DNA of 64,000 nucleotides from Akkermansiaceae bacterium (GCA_051251915.1 JBPOGF010000001.1:352001-416000), one strand, 5' to 3'; counted from the stretch's first letter, positions 1 to 10,605 are shown. Notes: generated from the letters alone by a model not told the origin. Translations and numbers: made by a program.

Positions 1-92
1 AGGGGAAATGAATATCCTTAGTAAATAGCGTATTTATCAACAGATGTCGATATTTAAGATGAATTTAGAATGTTTGAGTTGCTGTGCTATTA

Positions 93-959
93 CTATGAAG
101 TGGTCTTGAAGCGTTTATTGATGAAGACGACGGCGGTGGCGGGGACTAGCATCCAGAGGCTGTAGATGCCTGGTGCGATGGTCATGGCGTCATTTTTGAG
201 GATGTCTGCGGCTAGTAGTAGTGCGATGGTGCCGTTTTGGAGGCCTACTTCCATGGTGATGCAGACTCGCTGGGGGAGGTTGAGGTTGGAGAGTTTGGCT
301 ATAGTGAACCCTAGGAGCATTCCGGCGAGGTTGAGTGTGATGCATGCTGGGCCTGTGAGTATGGCGTATCTGTTCACTGTATCCGCGCCTAACTTGAGGT
401 ATAGGGCAAGGATGACGAGAGCAAGAACGGTGGCGGAGATGACTCTGACCCAGGGTTCAGCTTTGGCGGCTTTTGCTTTGAGTAAGTGCTTGAGAAACAT
501 GCCGATGAGGACTGGTAATACTGAGATGATGAAGAGTTTTATGATGGTGGAAAGGACTGGGAGGGAAACGCTAGTTGAGTCTAGCTGTTGCCATGTTAGA
601 GCCCAGCCAAGAGCAATGGGGATGGTGAATGGTGTGATGAAGCCGATGACGGCGGTGAGGGATACGGATAGGCCTACGTCTCCTTTGGCAAGGAAGGTGA
701 AGAGGTTAGATGTGACGCCTCCGGGGCATAGTGAAATGATGATGAGTCCTATAGCAAGTGCGCCTGAGAGCTGGAATAGAGATACGGTCGCTATGGCTAG
801 TAGAGGGAGGAGGATGAGCTGGCAAGAGGCTCCGATGATAAAGGCTTTGGGGTATTTGGCGATGCGTTTGAAGTCTTTGATTTCTAGGCTCATGCCGACG
901 CCGATCATGACGAGGATGAGTGCTACGGGTAATAGAATGGTTATGATGTGCTCGGCCAT
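93..959 (-). CDS. Bile acid:sodium symporter (BASS/SBF) family transporter
   Basis: Multi-TM protein with CPGGVTSN and EVGLQNG motifs typical of BASS. Confidence 0.92.
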   Translation of the reverse strand: MAEHIITILLPVALILVMIGVGMSLEIKDFKRIAKYPKAFIIGASCQLILLPLLAIATVSLFQLSGALAIGLIIISLCPGGVTSNLFTFLAKGDVGLSVSLTAVIGFITPFTIPIALGWALTWQQLDSTSVSLPVLSTIIKLFIISVLPVLIGMFLKHLLKAKAAKAEPWVRVISATVLALVILALYLKLGADTVNRYAILTGPACITLNLAGMLLGFTIAKLSNLNLPQRVCITMEVGLQNGTIALLLAADILKNDAMTIAPGIYSLWMLVPATAVVFINKRFKTTS

Positions 960-985
960 GAGTTGGGTTGTTAGAGGGCTTTATT

Positions 986-2044
986 TTAGGGACTCAACAT
1001 TATGGCTTGTTTGGCGGCATGAGTGAAGCTTTCTTTGCTGGCATCAGCGATTGTGATCTCGCCGGTGGATTTGAGGTAGTTAGAATCTACTTCTCCAGGG
1101 CTACGGTAGCAGAGGTCGTAGTGGGTTTCTAGGACTGATTGTACGAAGTCATTCCATTGCTTGGTATCAATGAGCGTATTCCACTGCTCTACTTGCTTGT
1201 GGCCGCGTAAGGGGATAAGTTTGCTGAGTAGCAGTTTGAGTTTATCTGTGTTTTCTGTGAAGTGGGGGTATTCTTCGAGAAGGATTTTGATTCTTTCTGC
1301 GATGGGTAGTTTCACGTTGATTACGCGGGATCTCTTGAGTGCTTTCCAGAGTGCTGGGGGGCAGTGGATGTTGCCGATACGGTTACTTTCTGCTTCTGTG
1401 AAGATTGGTTTTGTTAGATCGAATTGCTTCATTTGGTGCCAAAGCTGGGTTTCAAACTTTTTTTGTGCAGGTTGTTTGGAGCTTGGAGTTGCGCCTAGTA
1501 GTGAGCCTTTATGGTTAGCTAGGCCTTCTAAGTCTAGGATTTGAGCGCCTTGTTCCTTGATGGATTTGAGTAGGCGTGTTTTTCCTACGCCTGTTAGGCC
1601 TGAGAGAACTTGTAAGTTGAGATTATCTTTTAGGAAAATTTCGTCTGTGTCATCGACGATGAATTTTCTGAAGGCACGGTAGCCGCCAGAAATAACGTGG
1701 GGTTTCCAGCCGATGGACTGGAGGATGAAGGTGAATGATCTGGAGCGCATGCCGCCGCGCCAGCAATAGAGAGCGGGGCGGTAGTCTAAACCATGTTGCA
1801 TCATGTTGTTCTGGATGTGCTCGGAGACATTTGCTGAGATTAGTGCTGCACCAAGTCTTCTGGCCTCGAAGGTGTTTTGTTTGTAGAGGGTTCCTACTTT
1901 GACGCGTTGTTCATCATTTAGAACGGGTAGATTGATGGAGCCAGGGATGTGGTCTAGGGCATACTCTGATGGCGAGCGGACATCGATGATCTCTGAGAAC
2001 TCGGAGAAATCACAAGGAAATGTAATGGTGGATAGTTGTTGCAT
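986..2044 (-). CDS. selU: tRNA 2-selenouridine(34) synthase
   Basis: Rhodanese domain (IDVRSPSEY..DHIPGSINLP, YCWRGGMRS), P-loop GLTGVGKT, LDLEGLANHKGS; ATG at 2044 preferred to track start 2089. Confidence 0.93.
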   Translation of the reverse strand: MQQLSTITFPCDFSEFSEIIDVRSPSEYALDHIPGSINLPVLNDEQRVKVGTLYKQNTFEARRLGAALISANVSEHIQNNMMQHGLDYRPALYCWRGGMRSRSFTFILQSIGWKPHVISGGYRAFRKFIVDDTDEIFLKDNLNLQVLSGLTGVGKTRLLKSIKEQGAQILDLEGLANHKGSLLGATPSSKQPAQKKFETQLWHQMKQFDLTKPIFTEAESNRIGNIHCPPALWKALKRSRVINVKLPIAERIKILLEEYPHFTENTDKLKLLLSKLIPLRGHKQVEQWNTLIDTKQWNDFVQSVLETHYDLCYRSPGEVDSNYLKSTGEITIADASKESFTHAAKQAIMLSP

Positions 2045-2163
2045 GTTGATAACTTTATCACTGTGGCTTATTCTGTGATCGGCTCCCATAAAAAAATGGT
2101 TTTTATGGGGATGGTTGTCATATTTGGCTTTTTTGAATGATGGAAAGGTAATAGGACTTGGTC

Positions 2164-3837
2164 ATGACAGATATTGATATAGCCCAGAAAGCAGTATTGC
2201 AACGAATAGCGCCGTTGGCGCAGGAGAAGCTTGGGATATCTGATGAGCATTTGGAGCCTTATGGGCATTTTAAAGCGAAGCTTTCTTTGGAGTATATTGA
2301 TTCCTTGAAATCAAAGCCAGATGGGAAATTGATTCTGGTGACTGCGATTAGTCCGACTCCGGCGGGAGAGGGAAAGACTACGACATCGGTGGGGTTGACG
2401 GATGGTTTGAATAAGATTGGTAAGAAAGCTGTGGTTTGTCTAAGGGAGCCTTCTTTGGGGCCGTGTTTTGGAATGAAGGGTGGAGCTGCTGGTGGGGGGT
2501 ATGCTCAGGTGGTGCCTATGGAGGATATAAATCTGCATTTTACGGGGGATTTTCATGCGATTGGGTTGGCGAACAATTTGTTGGCGGCGTTGATCGATAA
2601 TCATATTCATCATGGGAATAAGTTAGAGATCGATGTTAGGAGAGTGGTATGGAAGCGGGTGGTGGATATGAATGATAGGGCGCTGCGTGAGGTGACTGTT
2701 GCGTTAGGGGGGATGGGGAATGGGTATCCGAGAACTGATGGGTTTGATATTGTGGTGGCTAGTGAGGTGATGGCGATTTTCTGTTTGTCAACTAGTGTGG
2801 AGGAGATGAAGGAGAAGTTGGGTAATATTATTGTGGCTTATTCGAGGGGACGGAAGGCTGTTAGGGCGCGTGATCTGAATGCTCATGGTGCGATGACTGT
2901 GCTGCTGAAGGATGCATTTAAACCAAATTTGGTGCAGACTTTGGAGGGTAATATGGCGTTTGTTCATGGTGGGCCGTTTGCGAATATTGCGCATGGGTGT
3001 AGTTCTGTGATTGCAACTAAGACGGCGTTGAAGCTGGCGGATTATGTGGTTACTGAGGCTGGTTTTGGTGCGGATCTGGGGGCTGAGAAATTTGTGAATA
3101 TTAAGTGTAGGAAGTCGGGCTTGAAGCCTGATGCATCCGTTGTGGTGGCTACGATTAGGGCGCTGAAGTATCACGGTGGGGCTAAGCTGGAATCGCTGGA
3201 GGAGGAGAATCTGGGTGCGCTGGAGGATGGGTTGAAGAATCTGGAACGTCATGTGAGGAATGTGCGAGAAAACTTTGGGCTTCCTTGTGTGGTGGCGATT
3301 AATAAATTTACTTTTGACACGCAGGCGGAGATTGATCTGGTGACTAATAAGTTGGCACATTTACAGGCGAAGGTGGTTCTTGCGGATCATTGGGCGCATG
3401 GGGGAGCTGGGGCGGAGGTTTTGGCACGGGAGGTGGTGGAGACGCTGGAGTCTACGCCGGCTGATTTTAGATTTATTTATGATGATGAGACTCCGCTGTG
3501 GGAGAAGATGGAGGCGGTAGCGAAGAAAATCTATGGAGCTGGAAGGATAGAGGCAGATTCTAAGGTGCGAAAGCAGATCAATAAGCTGCAGAAGGATGGC
3601 TTTGGGGCTTATCCGATATGTGTGGCGAAGACGCAGTATAGTTTCTCGACTAATCCGAAGTTGTTGGGTGCGCCTGAAGATCATGTGGTGAAGGTGCGTG
3701 AGGTTAGGCTGTCGGCAGGTGCTGAGTTTGTGGTGATGATCTGTGGTGACATTATGACGATGCCTGGGCTTCCCAAAATCCCTGCAGCTGATAGGATAGA
3801 TATTGACGCTGACGGTAAGGTTGTTGGCTTATTTTAA
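2164..3837 (+). CDS. fhs: Formate--tetrahydrofolate ligase
   Basis: [40 protein letters not shown] motifs. Confidence 0.98.
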   Translation: MTDIDIAQKAVLQRIAPLAQEKLGISDEHLEPYGHFKAKLSLEYIDSLKSKPDGKLILVTAISPTPAGEGKTTTSVGLTDGLNKIGKKAVVCLREPSLGPCFGMKGGAAGGGYAQVVPMEDINLHFTGDFHAIGLANNLLAALIDNHIHHGNKLEIDVRRVVWKRVVDMNDRALREVTVALGGMGNGYPRTDGFDIVVASEVMAIFCLSTSVEEMKEKLGNIIVAYSRGRKAVRARDLNAHGAMTVLLKDAFKPNLVQTLEGNMAFVHGGPFANIAHGCSSVIATKTALKLADYVVTEAGFGADLGAEKFVNIKCRKSGLKPDASVVVATIRALKYHGGAKLESLEEENLGALEDGLKNLERHVRNVRENFGLPCVVAINKFTFDTQAEIDLVTNKLAHLQAKVVLADHWAHGGAGAEVLAREVVETLESTPADFRFIYDDETPLWEKMEAVAKKIYGAGRIEADSKVRKQINKLQKDGFGAYPICVAKTQYSFSTNPKLLGAPEDHVVKVREVRLSAGAEFVVMICGDIMTMPGLPKIPAADRIDIDADGKVVGLF

Positions 3838-3872
3838 CTTAAACTATTTAAAATCTTAAACATCAAACTATT

Positions 3873-4172
3873 ATGCAACATCACGTATATTTCTGGCTCA
3901 AAGAGGAGCACAAGACGGACGCATCACGCGCAGAATTCGAGAAGGGTTTAGACCTTTGTAAAAATGTACCTAGCGTAGCTGGTGGTGACTGGGGTGTCTC
4001 AGCTGCTACACCTGAGCGCCCGGTGACTGATAAGTCATGGGATTATTCACTTTATCTGAGTTTTGATAGTGTTGAGGATCACAATGCTTATCAGGTGCAT
4101 CCAGATCATGATGTGTTTGTGAATACGTGCAAAGATTATTGGGAGAAGGTGACTATTATGGATGTGGAGTAG
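3873..4172 (+). CDS. Dabb (stress-responsive A/B barrel) protein
   Basis: HHVYFWLK ... F.S.EDH.AYQ.HPDH pattern. Confidence 0.88.
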   Translation: MQHHVYFWLKEEHKTDASRAEFEKGLDLCKNVPSVAGGDWGVSAATPERPVTDKSWDYSLYLSFDSVEDHNAYQVHPDHDVFVNTCKDYWEKVTIMDVE

Positions 4173-4253
4173 TGAAATTTTGAGGGTTGAGTGAGGTGTT
4201 TTAAAAAAATAAAATTGCTCACTCGACCTTTCGTATAATTTGAATATAAGCGC

Positions 4254-6065
4254 GTGGAACACGTGGCTCATTCAACTAATACATGGAGTTCCCGCTTTTC
4301 TGAGGGACTCCGAATTAAATTCAACGATCAGCAACGGTTTTTACTGGCTTGTGTGGTTTGTGGTTTATTATGTGGATTGTTAGCCGTAGCGTTTCATTTA
4401 ATGATTCATGGCACGTTCCATCATTTATGGGACTTTGCTACTGGGTTGAAGGAGACTTGGCAATTTGTGGCGTTGATGTTAATCGCACCTACTACTGGGG
4501 GATTGATCTGCGGGCTGGCTATAAAATACTGGGTTCCAGGGGCTGTGGGGAGTGGTATTCCTCAGACGAAGGAGGCCTATTATAATAAGGGCGGGAAGAT
4601 TCCTACTTTAACTGGTTTGTGGCGGGTGTTGTTGGGGACTGTTTACATTGGTCTGGGTAATTCTTTAGGGCGTGAGGGGCCGATGGTGCATGCTTCATCT
4701 GCGATTGCTTCACGGATAGGGCGGTTTATTTTTTTGGATACTGAGCGTGTTAGGGCAATGATTCCGGTGGGGATGGCAGCGGGGATTGGTGCGGCATTTA
4801 ATGCTCCACTTTCGGCTTTAACATTTGTGTTTGAGGAATTGTTAGATAATTTCTCTACTAAAGCAATAGGAGGAATGGTGGTGGCTGTGGTTATAGCGGC
4901 GGCGGTGTCGCGGACGATTTTAGGAGAGGACCCAGTGATCAATACTCATTTGGCATTGGATTACGAGACATCGGCTTGGATGTTAGTGGCTATTCCTTTG
5001 GGGGCGATAGCTGGGGTGATGGGGCATTTTTTTGTAGGGTCTATTCTTGCTGCGCGACAATTTGTTAAGTCAAGAAAGGGGCTGAGTTCGTGGTACACTC
5101 CTGCTGTAGGAGGGTTGCTATGTGGCTTGCTTGGTTGTCTTTCATTTTGGATCACTAGTAATGCGGGGAATCCTCAGCATGGTGTTTTCAGTATTGGTTA
5201 TGGATCACTGGAAGCTGCATTTGAAAATCAGCTAATTTTGTCTATTTTGATCACTTTATTGGCCTTTAAATTTGTGGCTGTGGTGGTGAACTATGCGACT
5301 GGAGGGAGTGGTGGATTGTTTTCACCGACGCTATTCATTGGTGGAATTCTTGGTGGGGTGATAGGGGTGATACTGGTGAAGACTTATCATTATTTTGAGA
5401 TTGTGACGATAACTGATGAGTCTCAGATCATTGGTGGGTGTGTGCTGTTAGGGATGGGGGCTATGTTTGGCTCGGTTCTGCGGTGTCCGTTTACTTCGTT
5501 GATTATTATTTTTGAGCTGACAGGGAATTACTCACTTATTTTACCGTTGATGGGGGGGAATATGCTTTCTTGGGCTATTTCTAAGAAGTTTAGGCCGATT
5601 GCGCTTTATGATGCGTTGTTGATGAGTGATGGGGTATCTCTGAAGCGGATGCCATTGTATCGGGGGGCGCAGGATTATAGGAATTTACCTGTGGCTGCGA
5701 TCATGACGCATGATGTTATTTCACTAAAATCAGGGCTAAGTGCGGCGGAGAATTTAGTGGAGATCCAAGCTAATCAAACGAAGCATCATGCTTATATGGT
5801 GGTGGGTGAGGAAGGGGTGTTTGAGGGGGTGATCAGTCACCATGAAGTAGAGCATGCGATACCTGAAACGTTGGTGTCTGAGTTGGTGCTTAATCAGGAT
5901 GTGATCTATGTGCATCCAGAGGCATCGATTCGGGATGCTTCACATTTGATGATTCAGAATGATATCCAGCAGTTGCCTATTCTGAGTGCGTCGGATAAGG
6001 GGAGATTGCTAGGGATTTTGACGCTGAATGATATTGCGAGGCAGCAGAATGCTACTCAGATGTAG
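4254..6065 (+). CDS. ClC-family Cl-/H+ antiporter with C-terminal CBS pair
   Basis: GSGIP, GREGP, FVFEE, GGLFSP motifs; CBS domains at the C-terminus. Confidence 0.92.
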   Translation: MEHVAHSTNTWSSRFSEGLRIKFNDQQRFLLACVVCGLLCGLLAVAFHLMIHGTFHHLWDFATGLKETWQFVALMLIAPTTGGLICGLAIKYWVPGAVGSGIPQTKEAYYNKGGKIPTLTGLWRVLLGTVYIGLGNSLGREGPMVHASSAIASRIGRFIFLDTERVRAMIPVGMAAGIGAAFNAPLSALTFVFEELLDNFSTKAIGGMVVAVVIAAAVSRTILGEDPVINTHLALDYETSAWMLVAIPLGAIAGVMGHFFVGSILAARQFVKSRKGLSSWYTPAVGGLLCGLLGCLSFWITSNAGNPQHGVFSIGYGSLEAAFENQLILSILITLLAFKFVAVVVNYATGGSGGLFSPTLFIGGILGGVIGVILVKTYHYFEIVTITDESQIIGGCVLLGMGAMFGSVLRCPFTSLIIIFELTGNYSLILPLMGGNMLSWAISKKFRPIALYDALLMSDGVSLKRMPLYRGAQDYRNLPVAAIMTHDVISLKSGLSAAENLVEIQANQTKHHAYMVVGEEGVFEGVISHHEVEHAIPETLVSELVLNQDVIYVHPEASIRDASHLMIQNDIQQLPILSASDKGRLLGILTLNDIARQQNATQM

Positions 6066-6084
6066 GGGAGCTCTTTGTTTTTGT

Positions 6085-6380
6085 TCATATACGTCTTAGC
6101 CCATATGACGTATTTCTTCTGTCATGTTTGATTACGAGTATCTTAATTCCGTCTAAACGCTCTTCAAACAGAATATGGAAAGGAAACTTCTTGAGATTAT
6201 ATCTTCTCTTGCCTGTTAAATCAAAGTGATGCCTCTCTGGATACTTCTCTATGTTAGACAAAGATCCTATGAGCTCAGTCCAAAATTCATCTGCTAGATT
6301 AGTCGATACTCCTTCATAATCTTTCGTGATCTGTCGAGCATCTTTAATTGCAGAAGGTGGTAAAAGGGCTCTTTACTCAT
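6085..6380 (-). pseudogene. Frameshifted RelE/ParE-family type II toxin (not in ORF track)
   Basis: ATG overlaps the antitoxin stop (ATGA); MSKEPFYH, then the -1 frame continues PSAIKDARQI...FWTEL...IEKYPERH...RRYNLKKFPFHILF...ILVIKHDRR; adding one C at ~6356 restores the ORF. Confidence 0.85.
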
Positions 6381-6583
6381 CTACCACAGGCCTTAAGAAA
6401 TTCTTCGTGGCTAATGGCTTTCACTTCGCCTGAATTTAGCTCTGCACTTCTACGGTGCACCTCATCATCAGAGACGGTATATGGAGCATCTGATAAACCT
6501 TCTAGAATATAAGCAGCTATTTCTGCTCTTTCTTGGGGCGGAAGCTGTGACACCTCGCTACATATTTCTGATACTTTTAACAT
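6377..6583 (-). CDS. Addiction-module antitoxin (putative 'unstable antitoxin' family)
   Basis: LPPQERAEIA...EVHRR..ELNSGEVKAISHEEF pattern; directly upstream of the ParE-like toxin. Confidence 0.85.
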   Translation of the reverse strand: MLKVSEICSEVSQLPPQERAEIAAYILEGLSDAPYTVSDDEVHRRSAELNSGEVKAISHEEFLKACGR

Positions 6584-6854
6584 GTATATATATAATAGCG
6601 AATCACGTAAAAACGCAATATTTATAAGAGAGCGCTTTAATCAGGGCGATTAAGCTAGAGATTTATTTTACGAATAGTGTGAAGCTTCATGAATGTGGTG
6701 AAGGATGGTGTAAATATAAATATAGGTGTCCTAGTTTCTATGAGTTTATAACACCCATTGTATTATGGAAGCGCTTAAAGTTTGATGAATTTAATTTCAA
6801 ACTAATTCCTTTATGTAAGGTAGAGAAGATTTATGACCTTAGGCTGGGGATTCC

Positions 6855-6875
6855 ACCGTGCCTTACAGCACGGGG
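6855..6875. repeat. Palindromic REP-like element downstream of galE
   Basis: ccgtgc-cttaca-gcacgg hairpin. Confidence 0.4.
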
Positions 6876-6942
6876 ATTTTCGGGTGGGCTGTGTCCTAGG
6901 CTGTGTAACCTTTCTTCCTTCAGGAGATTTATAGGTTTGGGG

Positions 6943-7965
6943 CTATTTGGTGTCTCGGTAGCCGTTGGGGTTGTTAGATTGCCATTTCCAGGCGGATTCG
7001 ATCATTTCTTGGAGGCCGAATTGTGCGTGCCAGTTTAGTTCTTTGTTGGCTAGTGTGGCGTCGGCTGTGCATTCAGCGATGTCTCCTGGGCGGCGTGGGC
7101 CGATGATGGTTTTGATTTCTTTTCCTGAGACTTGGCGGAATGTTTCCACCATTTGTTTTACGGAGTAGCCGGTGCCGGTTCCGATGTTGTAGATGAGGGT
7201 TTTGTTGATGTCAGAGGTAAGTTTTTCGATGGATTTTACGTGGGCGCGGGCGAGGTCTACTACGTGGATGTAGTCGCGCACGCCGGTTCCGTCGATGGTG
7301 TCGTAGTCGTCTCCGAAGATGGTGACGTGTTCGCGGATGCCTGCGGCTACTTGGCTGACGAATGGGAGGAGGTTGTTAGGGTATTCTGGGTCTTCGCCGA
7401 TCTGGCCAGATTCATGGGCTCCTACTGGGTTGAAGTATCTGAGTAGGATGACTCCCCAGCCGTATGCTTTACTTGAATCCATGAGGATTTGCTCCATCAT
7501 GGATTTGGTTTGTCCGTATGGGTTGGTGGCGTGGATGGCGGCGTCTTCTTTGATGGGGGTTTCTTCTGGGTCGCCGTAGACGGTGGCGGATGAGCTGAAG
7601 ACGATGTTGGAGACGTTGTTGTCCTGCATTACCTCGAAGAGGGTGAGTGAGCCGGTGATGTTGTTTTTGTAATACATCAGTGGTTGCTCGACGGATTCTC
7701 CGACTGCTTTGAGAGCTGCGAAATGGATGACGGCGTCGATGTTGCCTTCTTTTTTGAAGACGGCATCGAGTGCTTCTTTGTCTAGGAGATTTACTTCGTG
7801 GAAGCTTAGGGTTTTGCCTGTGAGCTGCTGTACTCGCTTCATGGGTTCTGCAACGGAGTTGGTGAAATCATCAACGATGACGACTTCGTAGCCTGAATTG
7901 AGGAGTTCGATGCAGGTGTGGGAGCCGATGTATCCGGCTCCGCCAGTAACTAGTATTTTTTTCAC
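6943..7965 (-). CDS. galE: UDP-glucose 4-epimerase
   Basis: GGAGYIGSH, HFAALKAVGES, SSSATVYG, YGQTK, LRYFNP, RDYIHV. Confidence 0.98.
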   Translation of the reverse strand: MKKILVTGGAGYIGSHTCIELLNSGYEVVIVDDFTNSVAEPMKRVQQLTGKTLSFHEVNLLDKEALDAVFKKEGNIDAVIHFAALKAVGESVEQPLMYYKNNITGSLTLFEVMQDNNVSNIVFSSSATVYGDPEETPIKEDAAIHATNPYGQTKSMMEQILMDSSKAYGWGVILLRYFNPVGAHESGQIGEDPEYPNNLLPFVSQVAAGIREHVTIFGDDYDTIDGTGVRDYIHVVDLARAHVKSIEKLTSDINKTLIYNIGTGTGYSVKQMVETFRQVSGKEIKTIIGPRRPGDIAECTADATLANKELNWHAQFGLQEMIESAWKWQSNNPNGYRDTK

Positions 7966-7985
7966 GATTGGTAGGAAATTTGAGA

Positions 7986-8924
7986 CTACTTAGATTGTTC
8001 GAGCATCTTGATGATGGGGGCTTCTGCGCGGGCTCTGATGTCCTCTGGCATTTCTACTGTTGGGGAGAGGTTTAGGAGGCAGTCGTGAAGTTTCTGGAGG
8101 GTGTTCATTTTCATGAATTTGCAGTCGTTGCATGCGCAGTGATCTGTGGGTCCAGGGATAAGGTTTTTGTCTGGGGCTTCTTTTTGGAGCCTGTGGAGCA
8201 TTCCGCTTTCGGTGACGACGATGATGTCTTTGACTGGTGCGTTTTTGCAGTAGGATACCATTTTTTCAGTGGAGCAGACTTCATCGGCTAGGAGTCTGAC
8301 GGCTGTGGTGCACTCTGGGTGAGCGACTACGAGGGCGTCTGGGTATTCTGCTTTGATCTTGTTGATGGAGTTCTGGGTGAACTCGACGTGTACGTAACAT
8401 GAGCCTTGCCAGAGGTCCATTTTGCGGCCGGTTTGTTCCATGACCCAGGCTCCGAGGTTGGCGTCTGGGACGAAGAGGATGGGGCGGTCTGCTGGTGCTT
8501 TGTTGACGATTTTGACGGCATTTCCTGAGGTGCAGATGACGTCGCAGAGTGCTTTGACTCCGCCTGAGCAGTTGATGTAGGCGATGACGTAGTAGTTTTT
8601 CTCAGCGTTTGCTTTGAGGAATGCTTCTAGGTCTTCTGCTGGGCATGATTCTTCGAGTGAGCAGCCAGCGTCTTTGTCTGGGAGGATGACGGTTTTGTTA
8701 GGGTTGAGGATTTTAGCAGTTTCGGCCATGAAGTGGACTCCGCAGAATGCGATGACTTCGGCAGGGGTGTCTTGTGCTTTGTATGCTAGACCTAGTGAGT
8801 CGCCTACGTAGTCTGCGATGTCTTGGATCTCGCCGTCTTGGTAGTTGTGGGCGAGGATGACTGCGTTACGTTCTTTTTTAAGACGTAGGATTTCTTCTTT
8901 TAGGTCTATTGCTGTGGCTTGCAT
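7986..8924 (-). CDS. nadA: Quinolinate synthase
   Basis: ILAHNYQ, FCGVHFMAETAK, CYVH, AHPEC, C..MK Fe-S ligands. Confidence 0.97.
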   Translation of the reverse strand: MQATAIDLKEEILRLKKERNAVILAHNYQDGEIQDIADYVGDSLGLAYKAQDTPAEVIAFCGVHFMAETAKILNPNKTVILPDKDAGCSLEESCPAEDLEAFLKANAEKNYYVIAYINCSGGVKALCDVICTSGNAVKIVNKAPADRPILFVPDANLGAWVMEQTGRKMDLWQGSCYVHVEFTQNSINKIKAEYPDALVVAHPECTTAVRLLADEVCSTEKMVSYCKNAPVKDIIVVTESGMLHRLQKEAPDKNLIPGPTDHCACNDCKFMKMNTLQKLHDCLLNLSPTVEMPEDIRARAEAPIIKMLEQSK

Positions 8925-8983
8925 GAGGTTAGATTAGTATGAAAATGTGATTTGCCAAATAATTTATGAGGCGTAGGAGGGAT

Positions 8984-9448
8984 TTATTGATTTGGGATGG
9001 TTTGGGAGTCGTTATTAGGAATGAATTCTTTGCCTTTAGCTAAGAAGATGATGCTTATGGGGCCGCCAATGATGAAGCCGTAGGGGAAGATGGAGATGCC
9101 CCAGAGGATGGATATGATGATGGTGGTGTAGAAGAACCATGGGGCGCGGTGTTTCTTGGAGAAGAAGGAGGTGAGGATGCAGATGGCTCCGATTAGGCCG
9201 ATGGCTAGAGTGATAAGAAAGATGGTGAGTGCTAAACGTAGGTCTTCAGTGAATGCTTCATAGGTAATGTTTTTTCTACCTAAGTTATAGTATGCTCGGT
9301 TTAGGATGAACGTTGAGAAGGGTCTGCCAAACACTGGTAATGTGTAGAGAATGAGGCCGATGAGGGAGAGCTTGCTGCCTGAGTTCTTAGAGGGGGTGGC
9401 TGGGGGTGTAGCTTCAGTGGAGGGTGGGGTGTATGGGGAATTTTTCAC
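8984..9448 (-). CDS. Hypothetical membrane protein
   Basis: 3-4 TM segments; NSPYTPP N-terminus suggests GTG 9448 start, since ATG 9478 abuts a repeat. Confidence 0.7.
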   Translation of the reverse strand: MKNSPYTPPSTEATPPATPSKNSGSKLSLIGLILYTLPVFGRPFSTFILNRAYYNLGRKNITYEAFTEDLRLALTIFLITLAIGLIGAICILTSFFSKKHRAPWFFYTTIIISILWGISIFPYGFIIGGPISIIFLAKGKEFIPNNDSQTIPNQ

Positions 9449-9484
9449 GTTTGGGGTGTGATAAGGTGGGCGATGCATGTCTCA

Positions 9485-9575
9485 GGCTTTCAGCCCTCTT
9501 GTGTATGTTGTGGTGTTAACCCATGGCTGCGCTTTGCTTACCATGGGCTTTAATATGTGTTACCCCGTTGGGGCT
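9485..9575. repeat. Tri-palindromic REP-like element
   Basis: ggct-ttc-agcc; cccatgg...ccatggg; cccc-gtt-gggg. Confidence 0.7.
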
Positions 9576-9630
9576 AGGTTGAAGGGGAGAGCTTGACTGA
9601 AAGGTGGGGAGTATGGGTTTGGCGGCATGA

Positions 9631-10092
9631 CTATTTTGATTCGGTTTTGTTTTTCCAGTTGGAGAAGACGTAGTGGTGGACGCGTTTTAGGCCGGTGTAG
9701 AATCCTAGTTCTTTGATGGAGGGGAGTATGCCTTTACCTTTGGCTTTGATGGTGGTGGTTCTGGTGATGCGGGTGCCTGAGTCAGTGGTGATGAGGTGGA
9801 AGTCTTCGATGATGGAGTCTACGCAGGGGCCCCAGGTGTGGTCGGTGGTGACCATTTCGAATCTGAGTCTGTGGGGTGGTGACCACTGGGTGATTTTCTG
9901 GATGACGGTGCCACGGTCTGAGATGCAGCGTCTTTCGGAGCCGATTCCTCCGGCTGGGTTTGGGAGTTCGCAGGATTTGGGTTGAGGGACTCCTAGGCAG
10001 AACCAGCCGGGGACGTCCATGCGGGAGTTGGTGAGAAGGGGCCAGAGGTTTTCTGGTGTGGTTTTGATGTTTTTTGTGGTGGTGATTTTCAT
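9631..10092 (-). CDS. SRPBCC/START-like fold protein
   Basis: PENLWPLLT...GSERRC...ITQWSPPHRLRF...GTRIT; ATG overlaps the upstream stop (ATGA). Confidence 0.78.
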   Translation of the reverse strand: MKITTTKNIKTTPENLWPLLTNSRMDVPGWFCLGVPQPKSCELPNPAGGIGSERRCISDRGTVIQKITQWSPPHRLRFEMVTTDHTWGPCVDSIIEDFHLITTDSGTRITRTTTIKAKGKGILPSIKELGFYTGLKRVHHYVFSNWKNKTESK

Positions 10093-10355
10093 TTGGTATT
10101 TAAATAAATGATCATGAGGATGAGTCCGAAGAGGAAGAGCCATTCTGGGGTGTTTTTTTTGGAGGGTTTTTGGAGGAGGGCTTGGATTGATTCTAGGATC
10201 TTGCCTAGTGCTTTGAAGAAGCCGTTGAAAAGGATATCATCTACGGTGTCTAGGGCATCTGTTTCTTGATTGTGGCTTTTGTGGTCTCTTATCAGCATCC
10301 AGATGGTGGAGAAGGTGAGGAGGATGAGGCTTGTAATGAGGTAGGCTATTTTCAT
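10089..10355 (-). CDS. Small hypothetical membrane protein
   Basis: Two TM helices; coupled to the SRPBCC gene. Confidence 0.65.
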   Translation of the reverse strand: MKIAYLITSLILLTFSTIWMLIRDHKSHNQETDALDTVDDILFNGFFKALGKILESIQALLQKPSKKNTPEWLFLFGLILMIIYLNTK

Positions 10356-10605
10356 GTGAAGCTTGGGGCTTTTGTGAGGAAGGTTTACCCTTGTAGGGAG
10401 GGTAGTTGGTTGTGAGTTTTGGTCAAGGGTGGAGGAGCATGTGTCAGGGTTTCAGTTGTCTGTAATGAGAGTTGCTTGTTAGCATTTCTGGGAAATAGGG
10501 TTGGGGGGGAACGAGGGGGGCGTTTTTTTGGGAGATTGGAAATCTCTGGCACTTTGGGTTTAATCTCTGTTGCTAAAATGTTGGGGAGTGGTTTAGGGTT
10601 TGGGT

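Noticed and set aside
166..1026. 286-aa plus-strand ORF and the many other antisense or alternate-frame ORFs in the track
   Set aside because: Shadows of well-supported genes; skewed codon usage depletes stops in other frames and the translations have no motifs
6350..6375. Programmed -1 frameshift in the toxin
   Set aside because: No in-frame X XXY YYZ heptamer or clear stimulatory structure; a single deletion is simpler
6679..7038. 119-aa plus-strand ORF
   Set aside because: Runs through a palindromic element and overlaps the galE 3' end; no recognisable motif
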